Assembly: GCA_026025795.1 (NCBI GenBank)
Contig: JAPEUG010000099.1
Span: forward strand, 1-47,776
Direction of reading: 5' to 3'
DNA from: Thelocarpon superellum
Taxonomy: Eukaryota
Length of the DNA: 47,776 nucleotides
Shown: in pieces, positions 12,523 to 23,919 of the stretch
Numbering within the stretch: position 1 is the stretch's first letter
Layout of the letters: the number at the start of each line of letters is the position of its first letter
The notes under the pieces: generated by a model
Databases searched by the model: none
Told to the model about the DNA's origin: nothing
Seen by the model: the letters and a program-made list of their open reading frames with translations, nothing else
Program-made: the position numbers and the translations under genes

Positions 12523-15399
12523 ATGTCCATCCGTGTGGATGACCGTCCACCGTTGGGTAGCCTCTTGCATCTGACAGGAGATGATGCCGTGTATGAAGCT
12601 CTCAAGCCTTGGGGAGTGACTCAAGAAGAGATCTCGCCCCTCGTCAACTCGATTCAACAACTTCAACGGGGCGACTTTGCCTCGGTACTCCAGTCAGACT
12701 TTGCAAGAGAAAAGATCCATTGGAGCAGGTCGGACATTCTGAATGATGAAGGGTCCGCTTTGGTGTCACGCCTCAGCGGGGTGGACGTAGATTCAGTCGT
12801 CGAGACGTATCAGTTGCTGGTCGTTGGATCCGCCGCACTCTCCGCATTTCTCCAATCCAATGTCACTGGTCCTCCTCTTCCATTCTCCTCTCGTCGCATC
12901 GTCTTTGGGCCGATGTTGGATGCGGAGGTGGAGGTGGCCAGAAAAGAGATCGTCGTCTCTCTGACTGTGGACGGAGCGGCCATCCACCCACTGACGCCGG
13001 ACGTGGAACTCTTCTTCATAGCCAAAACCATCTTCACCCATCCCGGATTCGACCGCCTGGCCACGGGCGAGAGGATCCATGTCAATTTCCTCCATCAACG
13101 GATGCTCACCGAGTCCGTATCGGCCTTGCAAGAGCAAATTTACCGCGACCTAACGACCGTGGGAGAGACGATCTTGTCCAAACCACGCAAAGATGGAGAT
13201 GCTGTTCCGCGCTTCCTGCTTGAACGAGCGGCGATCCATACTTTCCACGGATCTGATGATCAGGCCCGAGCGGATCTTCACCAAGCGGCGCAGGTTACGG
13301 GCTTTCAATTTGCTCTTACCGGACGGATGGGGAAGAGGACCAAGTTTCAAGATCGAGATATCAGCCAACTGGTGGTGCTCGCTCGGAGTGCGTCAGGAGA
13401 GAGAACTGGAGGCCCGTCTAGTCCAGAGGGCAAGGCGAACCCACCGACAGCCTCTTTGTCGAAGTCATCCGACCGAGGAAAGGTCGCAGCTCGTCAGCCC
13501 ACAGCATTGGATCTCAACGATGATACGCTTCTGGAATCGATCGCGTTCGTGAACAAGCCTGAGTCGATAGATACGACCGTCATCGAAGATTCCGACCTTC
13601 CAGCGACACTCAAGGATCTCGATCCTGCCGACCAACCGATCCTCAAGCCCCTGGACGCCATTATCTTGCTGTCACTGGCTTCATCCATCACCAACACCTC
13701 TCCATCCGATGGTCTCACTCGAGAAGAGACATTGCCATACGCCACCCGGGTTCTGGAGGGAGGCAGCACGAACTGGCAGGTCTATACTCAGGCCCTGCTC
13801 GTTCGGAGTCGGATCGAGGGATATCGATCGAGGACGGTGGAGCGAGGAGTGCTGCAGCTGCAAGCATTGGTGGATCAGGTCATTGCAGACACGACGTCGG
13901 CCGACGTGTCAATGGCTGACGGCGAAGGCGATGGACCATCAACCTTTCTACCCAGACCGACGCAGAGCGAATCAGCGCCGGTCACAGAGCGCCTTGCGTA
14001 CATTCACGAGCTCTGTTCGCCGACCCGGTGGGAGCTCGAAGCGGAGTTGGCCCGTCGATGGCTCAGCCTTGGAGGGGTCAAGACAGCCCTGGAGATCTAC
14101 GAGAGACTCCAGATGTGGGCCGAGGTGGCATTATGCTGGGGCGCGCTAAGCCGCGAGGACCAGGCGAAGAAGATCGTTCGACGAGAACTGTTCACGTCGA
14201 CGGGAGGGCAGCCTCTGACGGAAGCAGAAGAGACGTGGGAAGGCCGACCACGAGACCCGGCTCCCGCCGACGCGGCACGACTATATTGCATTCTCGGCGA
14301 CCTGGAGCAGAATCCGGAGCGATACGAACAAGCATGGGAGGTGTCGAAGCGGCGGTATGCACCGGCGCAGCGATCACTGGGGAAGTATTACTTTGCAGCC
14401 AAGGACTACGGTCGATCGGCGAAGGCGTACGCGGCGTCATTGGCGATCAACCAGCTGAACCACCCAACGTGGTACGCGCTCGGATGCGCACGGTTGCAGC
14501 TGGCTGAATGGGAAGGGGCCATTGAAGCATTTTCTCGCGCAGTGCAACTCGACGACCAAGACGCCGAGAGCTGGAGTAATCTCGCGGCCGCATTGATGGA
14601 ATGGGGAAAGCAAGGCGACGAGCCATCGTCCAACGCGACGGCCAAGCGTCAACACCGACACCACAAGAAAGACGCGCTCAACGCGCTCAAGCACGCCGCA
14701 GCGCTACAGCATAGCAGCTGGCGGATCTGGGAGAACATCATCACCGTGGCCTCGTCCACGGAGCCACCAGCGTACGGCGACATCGTCATGGGGGTAAGAC
14801 GGCTCGTTGAGATCCGGGCGCCGTCGCAGGGGGAAAACGCAATCGACGTAGCGGCCGTGGACCTACTCGTGCGCCACGTCGCGACGAGCTACGCACCGAC
14901 CACAGCATCCGGAGACCCGGCGCCAGGGCTCCCGAGGACAGTCAGCGCGCTGGTCGACGATGACGTGGTGCCTGCCATCACGACGTCGAGAGCAATGTGG
15001 CGCATTGTGGCGCGGCTCGAGACGTGGCGGGGCCGACCGGCCGCGGCGCTGGCGGCGTACGAGAAGGCGTGGCGCGCGGCGCTGACGACGAACAAGGGGT
15101 GGGAGGAGGGCGAGGAAAAGATGTGGGATCACGTCGTGGATGCCACCACTGATCTTGTTGCTGCGTATGAGGTGTTTGGGGGGGATTCTCCCTCTTCCAG
15201 CGCGAAAGATGAGGAGAAAGGGGAAAGAAATGGGGAAAAGGAGGAGAAAGAGAAGAGGATGAAGGAAATGAGATTCAAGGCCCGGAGCGCAATAAGAGGC
15301 ATACTAGGCCGAGCCAAGACATCATGGGAAGGGACGGAGGGTTGGGCGAGGTTGAAGAGGGAGATGGAGGATATTGATGCATGGGATTCTATCCGATAA
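12523..15399 (+). CDS. EMW1: TPR-repeat protein EMW1/TTC27, 958 aa
   Basis: Single long ORF with the family motifs FLQSNVTGP, LTGRMGKRTKFQ, LDLNDDTLLE and NWQVYTQALLVRSRIE..ERGVLQLQALV, plus C-terminal TPRs. Confidence 0.9.
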   Translation: MSIRVDDRPPLGSLLHLTGDDAVYEALKPWGVTQEEISPLVNSIQQLQRGDFASVLQSDFAREKIHWSRSDILNDEGSALVSRLSGVDVDSVVETYQLLVVGSAALSAFLQSNVTGPPLPFSSRRIVFGPMLDAEVEVARKEIVVSLTVDGAAIHPLTPDVELFFIAKTIFTHPGFDRLATGERIHVNFLHQRMLTESVSALQEQIYRDLTTVGETILSKPRKDGDAVPRFLLERAAIHTFHGSDDQARADLHQAAQVTGFQFALTGRMGKRTKFQDRDISQLVVLARSASGERTGGPSSPEGKANPPTASLSKSSDRGKVAARQPTALDLNDDTLLESIAFVNKPESIDTTVIEDSDLPATLKDLDPADQPILKPLDAIILLSLASSITNTSPSDGLTREETLPYATRVLEGGSTNWQVYTQALLVRSRIEGYRSRTVERGVLQLQALVDQVIADTTSADVSMADGEGDGPSTFLPRPTQSESAPVTERLAYIHELCSPTRWELEAELARRWLSLGGVKTALEIYERLQMWAEVALCWGALSREDQAKKIVRRELFTSTGGQPLTEAEETWEGRPRDPAPADAARLYCILGDLEQNPERYEQAWEVSKRRYAPAQRSLGKYYFAAKDYGRSAKAYAASLAINQLNHPTWYALGCARLQLAEWEGAIEAFSRAVQLDDQDAESWSNLAAALMEWGKQGDEPSSNATAKRQHRHHKKDALNALKHAAALQHSSWRIWENIITVASSTEPPAYGDIVMGVRRLVEIRAPSQGENAIDVAAVDLLVRHVATSYAPTTASGDPAPGLPRTVSALVDDDVVPAITTSRAMWRIVARLETWRGRPAAALAAYEKAWRAALTTNKGWEEGEEKMWDHVVDATTDLVAAYEVFGGDSPSSSAKDEEKGERNGEKEEKEKRMKEMRFKARSAIRGILGRAKTSWEGTEGWARLKREMEDIDAWDSIR

Positions 15400-15589
15400 C
15401 TCCGCATGCACCACTTATCGGCCGTTGTCATCATTCATTCCATTCTCTCGACCCCTCTTTCTTCTCGGTTCCGCCAATCAGTGCAGGCGAAAGAACCAAG
15501 AAAGCGACCTGGACCATACAAAAGCAGTCATGAGGAAATCACGCTTCCAAACTCTTCACCTCTTCACCTCTTCATCATCATCCTCATCA

Positions 15590-16655
15590 TCAAACAGCAT
15601 CCGTCACGCCCGCCTGATGTCCCTCCTTGAACGCAGCACCGTTCCGTCCATATCCATTGGCGTATCCATCTCCGTACCTTTGCCCCGTGAAGCGCGCCGT
15701 GCGTCGTTCCCAACGCCGCATGAGGAACCCCCCGGCCGCCGCGCCACCGGCCGCAAACCGACCCCGCTCATTCCCTCCATTATACGCACCGCCTGCGCCG
15801 TTTCGGCCCGGGCCTTGTGTCGTGTTGGAGTCGTAGAAGGAGCCGGCGCCCTGGACGGCGGCGCGGGAGATGACGGGCGTGAGGAAGCCAGCGATGAGGT
15901 AAAGGAGCACGACGGCGAACTCCTCCAGCGTGGCCATGAAGGCGCGCACGGTGATGTTGCCGTCGAGCTGGGAAAAGGTCTGAGTCGACGTGTCGTAATC
16001 GGCCAGGATCGAGTAGACGATGCGCACGAACAGGAATGGCATGGCCACGACCACGGCGAAAAGCAGGTGTCGCTCGGATGCGTCGGCGAGCCGGGTTCGG
16101 GCCAGCGTGACGATGGTGATGATGGCCAAGACCACCCAGGCCACGAGGAACAGGATCACAGAGGCCTTCAGCAGATCGCGCCCTTGGTTGCTATCGCTGC
16201 TGGATTGGCTATAGAGATCGGTACCGCCAACGATGCCGAGGATCAGGCCGACAATGATGGGGAGATGCAGCAGGCGGAAGACTCTGGTGGGAATGGCGAA
16301 GGAGGACGAACCATCATGTCTGCGCTCGGTCGTTAGCTAGAGGAATACCCTGTCGGCGACGGGGAAGGAAAACGCACAGTCGTGATAGTAGGCCCAATGT
16401 GGCGAAGAGCAGGAAGGACAGTCCAATGCCGGCACAGGTGATGGCGGCTTCGTAAAGGCTGCGGTTCGTCGGATGTGTCTCTGTCGCCAGCTGGCATGAC
16501 GCGCCAATGACGCGATTCAAGGAGAACAAGGCCAGGTAGATCCATCCCGCCTGTCGACCGAAGCCATGCTTGAAAGTGGTGACGAGCGAGAGAATGAGTG
16601 ACGGCCCAAACAGGACGATTTCCACGATCGCGAGGATGCTCGCGTCTTGTAGCAT
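15590..16655 (-). CDS. Multi-pass (about 7 TM) fungal membrane protein (DUF7702-like), ~335 aa
   Basis: ATG 16655; intron 16377-16320 (GTGCGT..GCTAAC..CAG) joins two hydrophobic ORFs in frame. Motifs KHGFGRQAGWIYL, GIGLS.LL, PFLFVRIVYS and MATLEE. Confidence 0.8.
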
Positions 16656-16849
16656 TGTGATGGGCGTCGAGGGTAATGACGAAGAGGTGAGGCGGTGAGG
16701 AGGTGCGGAGAGGGTCAAGGCCAATCTCGAGTCACCCTATCGTTAAAGATGCTGTGCTTGGTGATGATGTCTGGGGACCCAATGGATGCAGTTTTCGCAC
16801 CGGCGGGACGCCTGGATATATACTGCAGACCCAGGCAGGAGACGCTTTC

Positions 16850-18425
16850 CCCGTTCGCCGAATGTACGGGGTGGGTGCGATTTATTACTCGCCTTGCCGT
16901 AGGGCTGCCTTTCTCCATCCACGGATATGCGGCGCGGTCTTGTGGAAGGAGAGCTCCACGCAAACCCTGGCGGCTAGCTACCAGCAGCCTACCAAAAGCT
17001 AGCGACGGATGGCTCGGTCGGTAAGATGCTTGGTCCAAGTCCATGCGTCCGCTTAACCCTGCCCGAGACTAGCCACGGTTGCATCCCTTCAATCTCTTCA
17101 CCCAACGGCCGTTATACTCCACGGCTATGGCGGAGACTGCTCGTACGGGGTACTCGTGCTGAGTCCGTCCCCCTGGTGCGTCTGGACGCGTTCACCCAGA
17201 CTAGGACGCGGCACAACGCAACTGTGGCCTGATACTTCACGGCAGCCCTCTTCCGAAACATCGTCGCATTGGACAAGCACCGTTCATCCTGGCTAGTCCA
17301 TGCGATGGCAGCCTTCCCGACGATGCACCTACAACGATGGTTGGTAGGGCGTTGTGACGAACATCCGCCGGCAGCCTCTCGTGGTACTCGTCTCAACGGT
17401 GCCATCCATTCGTGGTCGCAGGATAGAGACCACTCGGCCGTAACGCACCGATCACACTACGGGAGCGATGTTATTCGTACTTGGCTATCGCGCCACCTCA
17501 TCCCTTCCCAGCTAAGTTGGGCCTTATCCGGCAGAATCGGCAGCCCAGCTCAGGCCTGCCGGCCGTAACATCCAAACACTCCACCATACTCCTGTGGCGC
17601 ATGTCCATGTCGACTCGCGCGCTCCGTGCCTTACCTAACATACCACGCGCTACTGGAGGACCTCTCCGTCGGTCCACCGCGCGGAGAATTGATGGCAAGT
17701 TCAATTCCGCTGTATGAAACCTATCGGTTGCGATGCCGCGTACGGGCCGCACGTAGCGTCCACATCGCTTGTGCAGCTGTTGCCCCGGATGACGTACCGC
17801 TATACGCTCTCCCTCAAATCTCGCGTCTGCGGGGGACCTAGCATCGGAGATTTGGAGGGTCGCGTCTTAGCAGAGCAGCGCCACATTCCTCTTCGTGATC
17901 CCCGACCAGTGGAGAGCCTCGCGCTACTGCGTACTCGTGTACAGCATCTCCACGTTGGGGGAAACCCATGGCATACGCGAGGTGTCTCGCTCACATAATT
18001 GGCACAGTCGAGCCCTATGACGCCAACAGACCGGTTCTCCTTCCCGCCTCTCCCGTCGAGCTCACCACCTGAAGCGGAAAGGACGGAAGAATTGTTAGAG
18101 GCGCAGCATGGGCACGATTTTGCATGACCGCGCCTTCATCCGCCAATTCGAACCATGACAATAAACCGCTCAAAGCCCAACCTCCGGTCATATAATGAGA
18201 AAGGTTGTTACAAACGCACCTGAACCCGAGTCCCTGTCGATAGGATAAGCCGCTGAAGTTCAAAGGCGTTCTCATCAGTCGAAAGACACGGGCGTTTGGA
18301 AGGATGCGGTGTTGTGAGGTTTGACCGCTGGAGAGGAGCGCCGGACGGGCGGCGTTTGTGCTAAGCAAGCCGCAAGCAAGTAGCACGGAGGTGTACGGTG
18401 TACGAGTACGCTGAGTGAAAGTGAA
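16850..18425 (+). ncRNA. Long structured ncRNA, candidate telomerase RNA (ends approximate)
   Basis: More than ten nested helices, several with G-U pairs that work only on the + strand. A hairpin (17002-17052) sits directly 5' of TAACCCT (17054-17060). H-type pseudoknot 18029-18207; ATAAGT 18426-18431; TATATA 16817-16822 upstream; no credible CDS. Confidence 0.5.
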
Positions 18426-18686
18426 ATAAGTTTGACTCGCTCCCTGCCCGCAAAATGAGGCTGGTATAAGGAGGAGGAGGAGGCTTGCTTGAGTAAAGCG
18501 TTGGCTTTGCAGCACTTCGTGCAAGGTACTCCTCATAAAGGACCAGGGCTTCCTGCGAAAGTGAGACGGTCGTCTGAGAGAGCTTGTTCTTGTCGGTCTC
18601 GAGCTGGGTTCATCATATTCTACATCTACTTTCATCCCCAACGTGCTCCCGCACGTTGACCATCATATACATACAGCTGCACACAT

Positions 18687-21600
18687 CTACTTGCGTCCCT
18701 TCTTCTTGGCCGCGACCACCTTGAAGGCCGAGCCTGGCTCCGTGTCCTTGGCCGCCGAGCCCGGCACCTTCTTGGCCACTTCGTTCCACCCGCCCACCAC
18801 CTTGGATTCGTTGCCGCCGCCCGTTGACGGAGACAGGCCGTTGTGGAGACCCGACGACGTCTCCATCACCCCCTTCTCCGCGAGCTTACGACGACGAAGG
18901 AATTCTTCCGCAAAGCGACGACCATCCATCGTCTGCGAGTTGGCATACACGCTTTCGGCAATGATCTCGGCTTCGGGAGGGAACATGAGGAGCTGTTGCA
19001 CAAAGTCGTCCACTACGTTCGTCAGTCTCCCACTTCCATATAGTCGCGTCACGTCCCACTCACCGTTGATGTTCGAGTTGAGCCCTTTGGACAGGACCTC
19101 CTTGGACCATCGCGTGAATTCGTCGTTGGTGCTGGGCGGGCCGTGAGACGCGCCACCGCTCGTTGCTTTGTGCGGCGTCGCGGTGGGACGCGCCTTGCCC
19201 GACGTCGGGGACGAGGTGGCGCCCGAGCTGGCGACCCGCAAACCAGGAGGCGGTCCCGTGGCAGTGGCGTGCGCCGGCATCTTTGCTTTGCCACTCGCGC
19301 CCACTGTCATCCACGGCCCGCTAGACGGTACCGGGGCTGCGGCCATGGCGGCCTTGCTGGCGAGGTCGGCATAGCGTTTACCCGCGGAGGCTCCCGTGGC
19401 ACTGGCGCCACCCGCCGGCCCCATGGCCCCAGACCCCTCGGCACTCGCCAGTCGCTGCTTCCGGCTCTCCTCTTCACGCTGGATTTGAGACAAGGTCTTT
19501 TTCATGCCCGCTCCCCCGTGGGCCGCTTTGTTCTTCCCAGCCAACGGCTTGGCCCAGGCAGACGGAGCGGCTGACGGCGTGGTGGTCGATGCATGCGTGG
19601 CCCAATTCGACGAGGTTGGGAGCCCTTGGGTCGGAGCGGCCGGAGGTTGGTGGAGGCGCTCCTGCTCCTGCGCGGCCCGCCGAGCAGCCGCGGCGACCTC
19701 TTCGACCTTGGCGGCCTTACGGGCTTCGATCTCCTGAATCTCTCGCAGCGAGGGTCGTCTCATGCCGTCGTTGCTCTCCTTGGCCCACGGTGCGATCGAG
19801 GCCGCCGCATTCGTCGTTTCGGTCGATGGCGTCGATTGGCGAGAGCGGGATTCGGCAGTCAGTGCCTCGGGCAGGTTCTGGCGGTTGCGCTGTGCGGCCG
19901 GGGCCGGCAAGGGCGAGATGGACTGCGGTGGGGGCGGGAACGCCTTTGGCTCTGCCTGTGCCCAGACCGACTCGGCCTGGGATGCGAGCGCTGGCGAGTG
20001 CTTGGCGGACGCCGCCTTCTGCACTTGCTGGGTGAGTGACAGCACCTCGGCCCCCGGGGCCGCCGCGTCTGCGTCACTCGACGTCGCCGGAAGCTGGGCA
20101 CGAGCGATGAGGTCTTCCATCTGCAGTCCCGTCCGGTACGCGTCCGACTGCGGTCCCGAGGGCGGCGCCGGTCCAAAGTCTCCGACGCGTGCCTCGGCCC
20201 GATCGGGGGCGCCTGTAGTCTTCCCCATGAGGCCCTCGAGCGCATCCGCGCTGTAGCCTGCGTCCCGTTGACTCCGCAGCTCGCTGAATTGCGCGAGACG
20301 TTGACCGGTCTGGTGTGAGTCGTCCCGCGCCGCCTGATGGCTGGCGTCGAACTGGGCTTGCTCGCGTTCCAGCTGGGCCCGTTGCGCCATCATCGCGGCG
20401 ATGTGTTGCGGATGCGTGGACATGTCAGGCGCATAAGGGCTCGAGACATGCGATCCAGCTCCACCGGGCCCTTGGCCGTCACGTCCGAGGTTCTGACGCG
20501 CCAGAAGGGCGACCAGTTCCTCCTCCCGTGGACCGCCAACGCCGCCAAAATCCATGGCCGACCCCATCGGCATTCCGACGCCGCCAGCGGCGAGTCGAAT
20601 CTGGGCATCAAAAAAGCCAGGCCCGCTCTGGGTGGCCGACATAGGCCCTTGCTGCGGCGGGGTCGGATGGAACTGTGCCGGGGAGGTGATGCTGCCAAAA
20701 CTCGGCTGACTGTGCAGGCTGTGGGCACTGGAGTGATGGTGGAGCGGCTGGGGATTGACCGCGTGCGGTGCACCAGGAATCTGATGCATCTGTTTCTGAA
20801 TGACCTGCTGCTGGGCCAGGTACTCCTTCTGCCGGGCCATCAGGTACTGCTCCTCTTGCTTGCGCCGTTCCAGCGCATTCTGTTGCTCGGCGGTCAAGGT
20901 CGTGCCGAAGCTTGGAAAGGCGCCCGCAAACGGCGGCTGCACCGAGCCTCCCGGGGTTGAAACGGCATTGCCACCAGGTGCAGCGCCAGGCGTCCACGGG
21001 GTACTGGTCGGACCATTGGACGGTCCGTGTGGGATGCCGATCTGGGGGACGAGGAAGGGTTCGCGCGAATTGCCGATGCGTCGAATCAATTGTCCCAGGG
21101 GCTCATACTCGGGATCCTCGTACTTCTTTACCAGGAGCTCGGCCGAGAAGAAGCCGGCCTTGAACCAATCATGCATTTCCAACCCGGACCATGGACCCTG
21201 CGTGGAGCCCTGGGGATCCTTGTAGATCCAGCGCATCCGATCGGGCATGACCATGGTGCGCTGCTGCGAAGGTGGCGGCGGGCCTGCGCTCGTCGACTGC
21301 GATGTCGCCGGTTCCGGATGGGAGGTAGCGGGACCAACCGCGCTGGTGGACGCACCGGTCGTCGGTGGTTGACTGAACGCCGACAACCCGGATAACGCCT
21401 CACCCGCCCCTGGCGTCCGACCGGGCTCATGACCAGCAAAGAGGGCGTCGTCAAACGCGTTGCGGCTCGTACGCATCGGGCTGTCCGTGCCACGCGCTCC
21501 GGATCCAGAGCCGAGCCCGGACGGATCGAAGGCGCTGGCGAGCGGGTTATTGGTAGCGAGGGTGAGACGCGGCCCCTCGCCAGGCCCCCCACTTACGCCC

Positions 21601-23919
21601 TCGACGTCTCGCGACCGCGCCGCACTCTCGCTGTGCATCTGCGCCTGCATGGCGGCGGGAAAGAGAGATCCCAGCCGGCTGCCCCGCCCTGCCGTGCCAG
21701 AATTCGTGGTGGTCGCGCCCGGGCCGGCGCCCATGCCAAACGAGGCGCTGGTTGGTGTGATCAGCCCAGGCGAGTGCAGATCCGACATGGGGCCAAAGAC
21801 AGAGCCGCCAAAGGCGCCCGCAAATCCTGCCTTCTCTCGATCCGGTGTGCCCAAGGCGGCCGTAGTCGAGGGCCAGGCCCGCGAGCCGCCCAGCCCTCCA
21901 AGGCTGGGAAAGGCTCGCGTGGCTCCCGCGCTCGATGTCTGACTACGGTCGGCAGCCGCATTCTCGTAGGCGCTCGAGACGCTGCGGGGGATGTGTCCAA
22001 AGGTGCCCAACTCGTCTTCCCCCGTCATCCCACGTAGGCCTGAATGATGGGCATTCTGCACCTCCGAGTCGTCCGTGTCGATATCGTCTGAGTCCGCCTT
22101 CTCTGCCAGCGGGCTCTGGTAGGGGTTCGTTTCCGTCGGGCTCAGCGGCTCGTGACCACCCTGGAGGCTTATATTCGAGCGGTGAGATTCCGGTTGGGGC
22201 CCGTCGCGGAAGCCGGACAAGCCCACGTCCATCTCATGGGGATCGTGTCGTGGGCCAGTGCCGGTCACGGGCGTGCCCAAGCCCGGAGCCCGGCGTGGCG
22301 CTGCTTGCGGCGGGCTGATGTCTTGACCACCGCCGAGCGCCGCGCTTCCACTTGGTCCTCCTCCCTCGCCAAAGGGATCGGAGTCATTGCTCGTCGGTCG
22401 ATTGGTGCGCATGTCCCGCCAGCTTTGTGTGGAACGCTCGGCCTCGGTCTCGTTCACCTTCCCCAAACTCCCAAACGACGACTTACCGGCCAGGCGCGCA
22501 TTGGCCTCGTCGGTGCCCTCCTTGCCCATGAATTTGGACCACCGACTACCGGAGCGGAGACCGCCAGCGCCGACCTTCTTGTCGCTTGGCGTGGCCGGCT
22601 GCACGGGGCTCTCCGTCATGGCGAAGCTGCCAAATGAACCCATGGGCGAGAAGCTGTTGACGTCTCGCGACCAGGGTGACGACGGCGCGTTGCCGGTGGC
22701 GCTCAGCGGGCCGGTGGACTTGCGTTGCAAGAAGCTGGGGAAGGTGGACATGTCGGCCGAGACATCGCGACTGCCGGCGTCTTGGTCGCGGTCTATGTCC
22801 GCGCCTTCACGGTCGGTCCGTCTCCGCATGAGCAAGGGCGGGGGGCTCGGTGCGGTCGAGTCATCTCGAAACGAGCGACCGTTGTGTAACGGTGAGGCGG
22901 TCGTGTGGGCGTGGGGGAGGCTATCGCTGGTCTCACGACGACGATTGGCGGGGCGTGTAGAGGTGGGCGAGGAGAGGGGGAAGGCTGCGGCGTTGTTCTG
23001 ACCGTGCGAGAGCGAGGTTTTGCGGCCGGCAATGCCGTTGTTGGTCACGCCCGACTCTTTACCGGCATTCTGGGCGAGCGACTTCAGCGGCGAATTCACG
23101 GACGATGTAAAGTGCTGGCAACCAAGGTCAGAACATAGAATGGCATGGGACGGGACGGGGCCTAGCGAGGGACCCACCTCTCTCTCCTCGTCCGTCATCT
23201 CCACGAAGCCGAGCGGGTCAATCTCGCCCGTCATCTCCCAGCAGATCTCTGGCCCGTTAATCAGGCCGTCCTTCCGTGACTCGTCTCGTGTGTTCCATCC
23301 GGCAGTGGTCGTTCCGTTGGGCGCCTTGGGATTCCATCCGGCCACCAAGACACTCTGCAGGTCTTTGTTGAGCTCCCCAGCGTCCTTCAACGTCCGATAT
23401 ATGCCCAGCAGCTGGTCTTTGCCGTAGCGACTGTCCGTCGAGGCACCATTGGCGAAGGCCGAGGAGGATTGATACTGATGGGGTGGCACGTACACATTTG
23501 ACGAGGAGGCTGACGTTGGCGTGGTGGTCTGACTCTGGTGGGCGTGATGCGAGACTTGCGAGGTGGATGTGGCGTGAGAGGGTCGACGAAAGGTGGCGGT
23601 ACCGGCGGTGTTGCCTCGGGGGCGGGACCTAGTTTTGGGACGTCTGTCAGCTTGTATGATCTCTCGTCCGTCCGCGAGATGACGGGTGGAGAGCCTCGGA
23701 CAGGCACGGGCGACGGTCTCCACAGCCGGCACAGCGATGAGCATGGGACGAAAGGCCAGCCCCGGGCGGAGGAGTGGGGAGCTGATGGATGTCGCCTCTC
23801 ACGTACCAATCTCCGCTCCCACCTCCATCTTCTCTCGAGCTTCGTGCGTGCGACGGCGGGTCTTGTGCGTGGTGACGTGCGGCGGCTGAGGCGAAACTGG
23901 GAGCACCGTGGGAGGGCAT
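18687..23919 (-). CDS. SMY2: GYF-domain protein (SMY2/SYH1/GIGYF family), ~1646 aa
   Basis: ATG 23919 (MPSHGAPSFASAAA); introns 23806-23629, 23177-23115 and 19063-19013. GYF domain WIYKDPQGSTQGPWSGLEMHDWFKAGFF; C-terminal YANSQTMDGRRFAEEFLRRR. Confidence 0.92.

Noticed and set aside
15374..16336. 320-aa plus-strand ORF
   Set aside because: Antisense shadow of the membrane-protein gene.
18015..18641. 208-aa minus-strand ORF after SMY2
   Set aside because: Non-ATG start, no codon bias or motifs; it overlaps the SMY2 3' region and the structured RNA.
18687..23744. 1685-aa ORF taken as an intronless gene
   Set aside because: It starts inside intron 1 and reads through two stop-free 3n introns (63 and 51 nt); the likely start is 23919.
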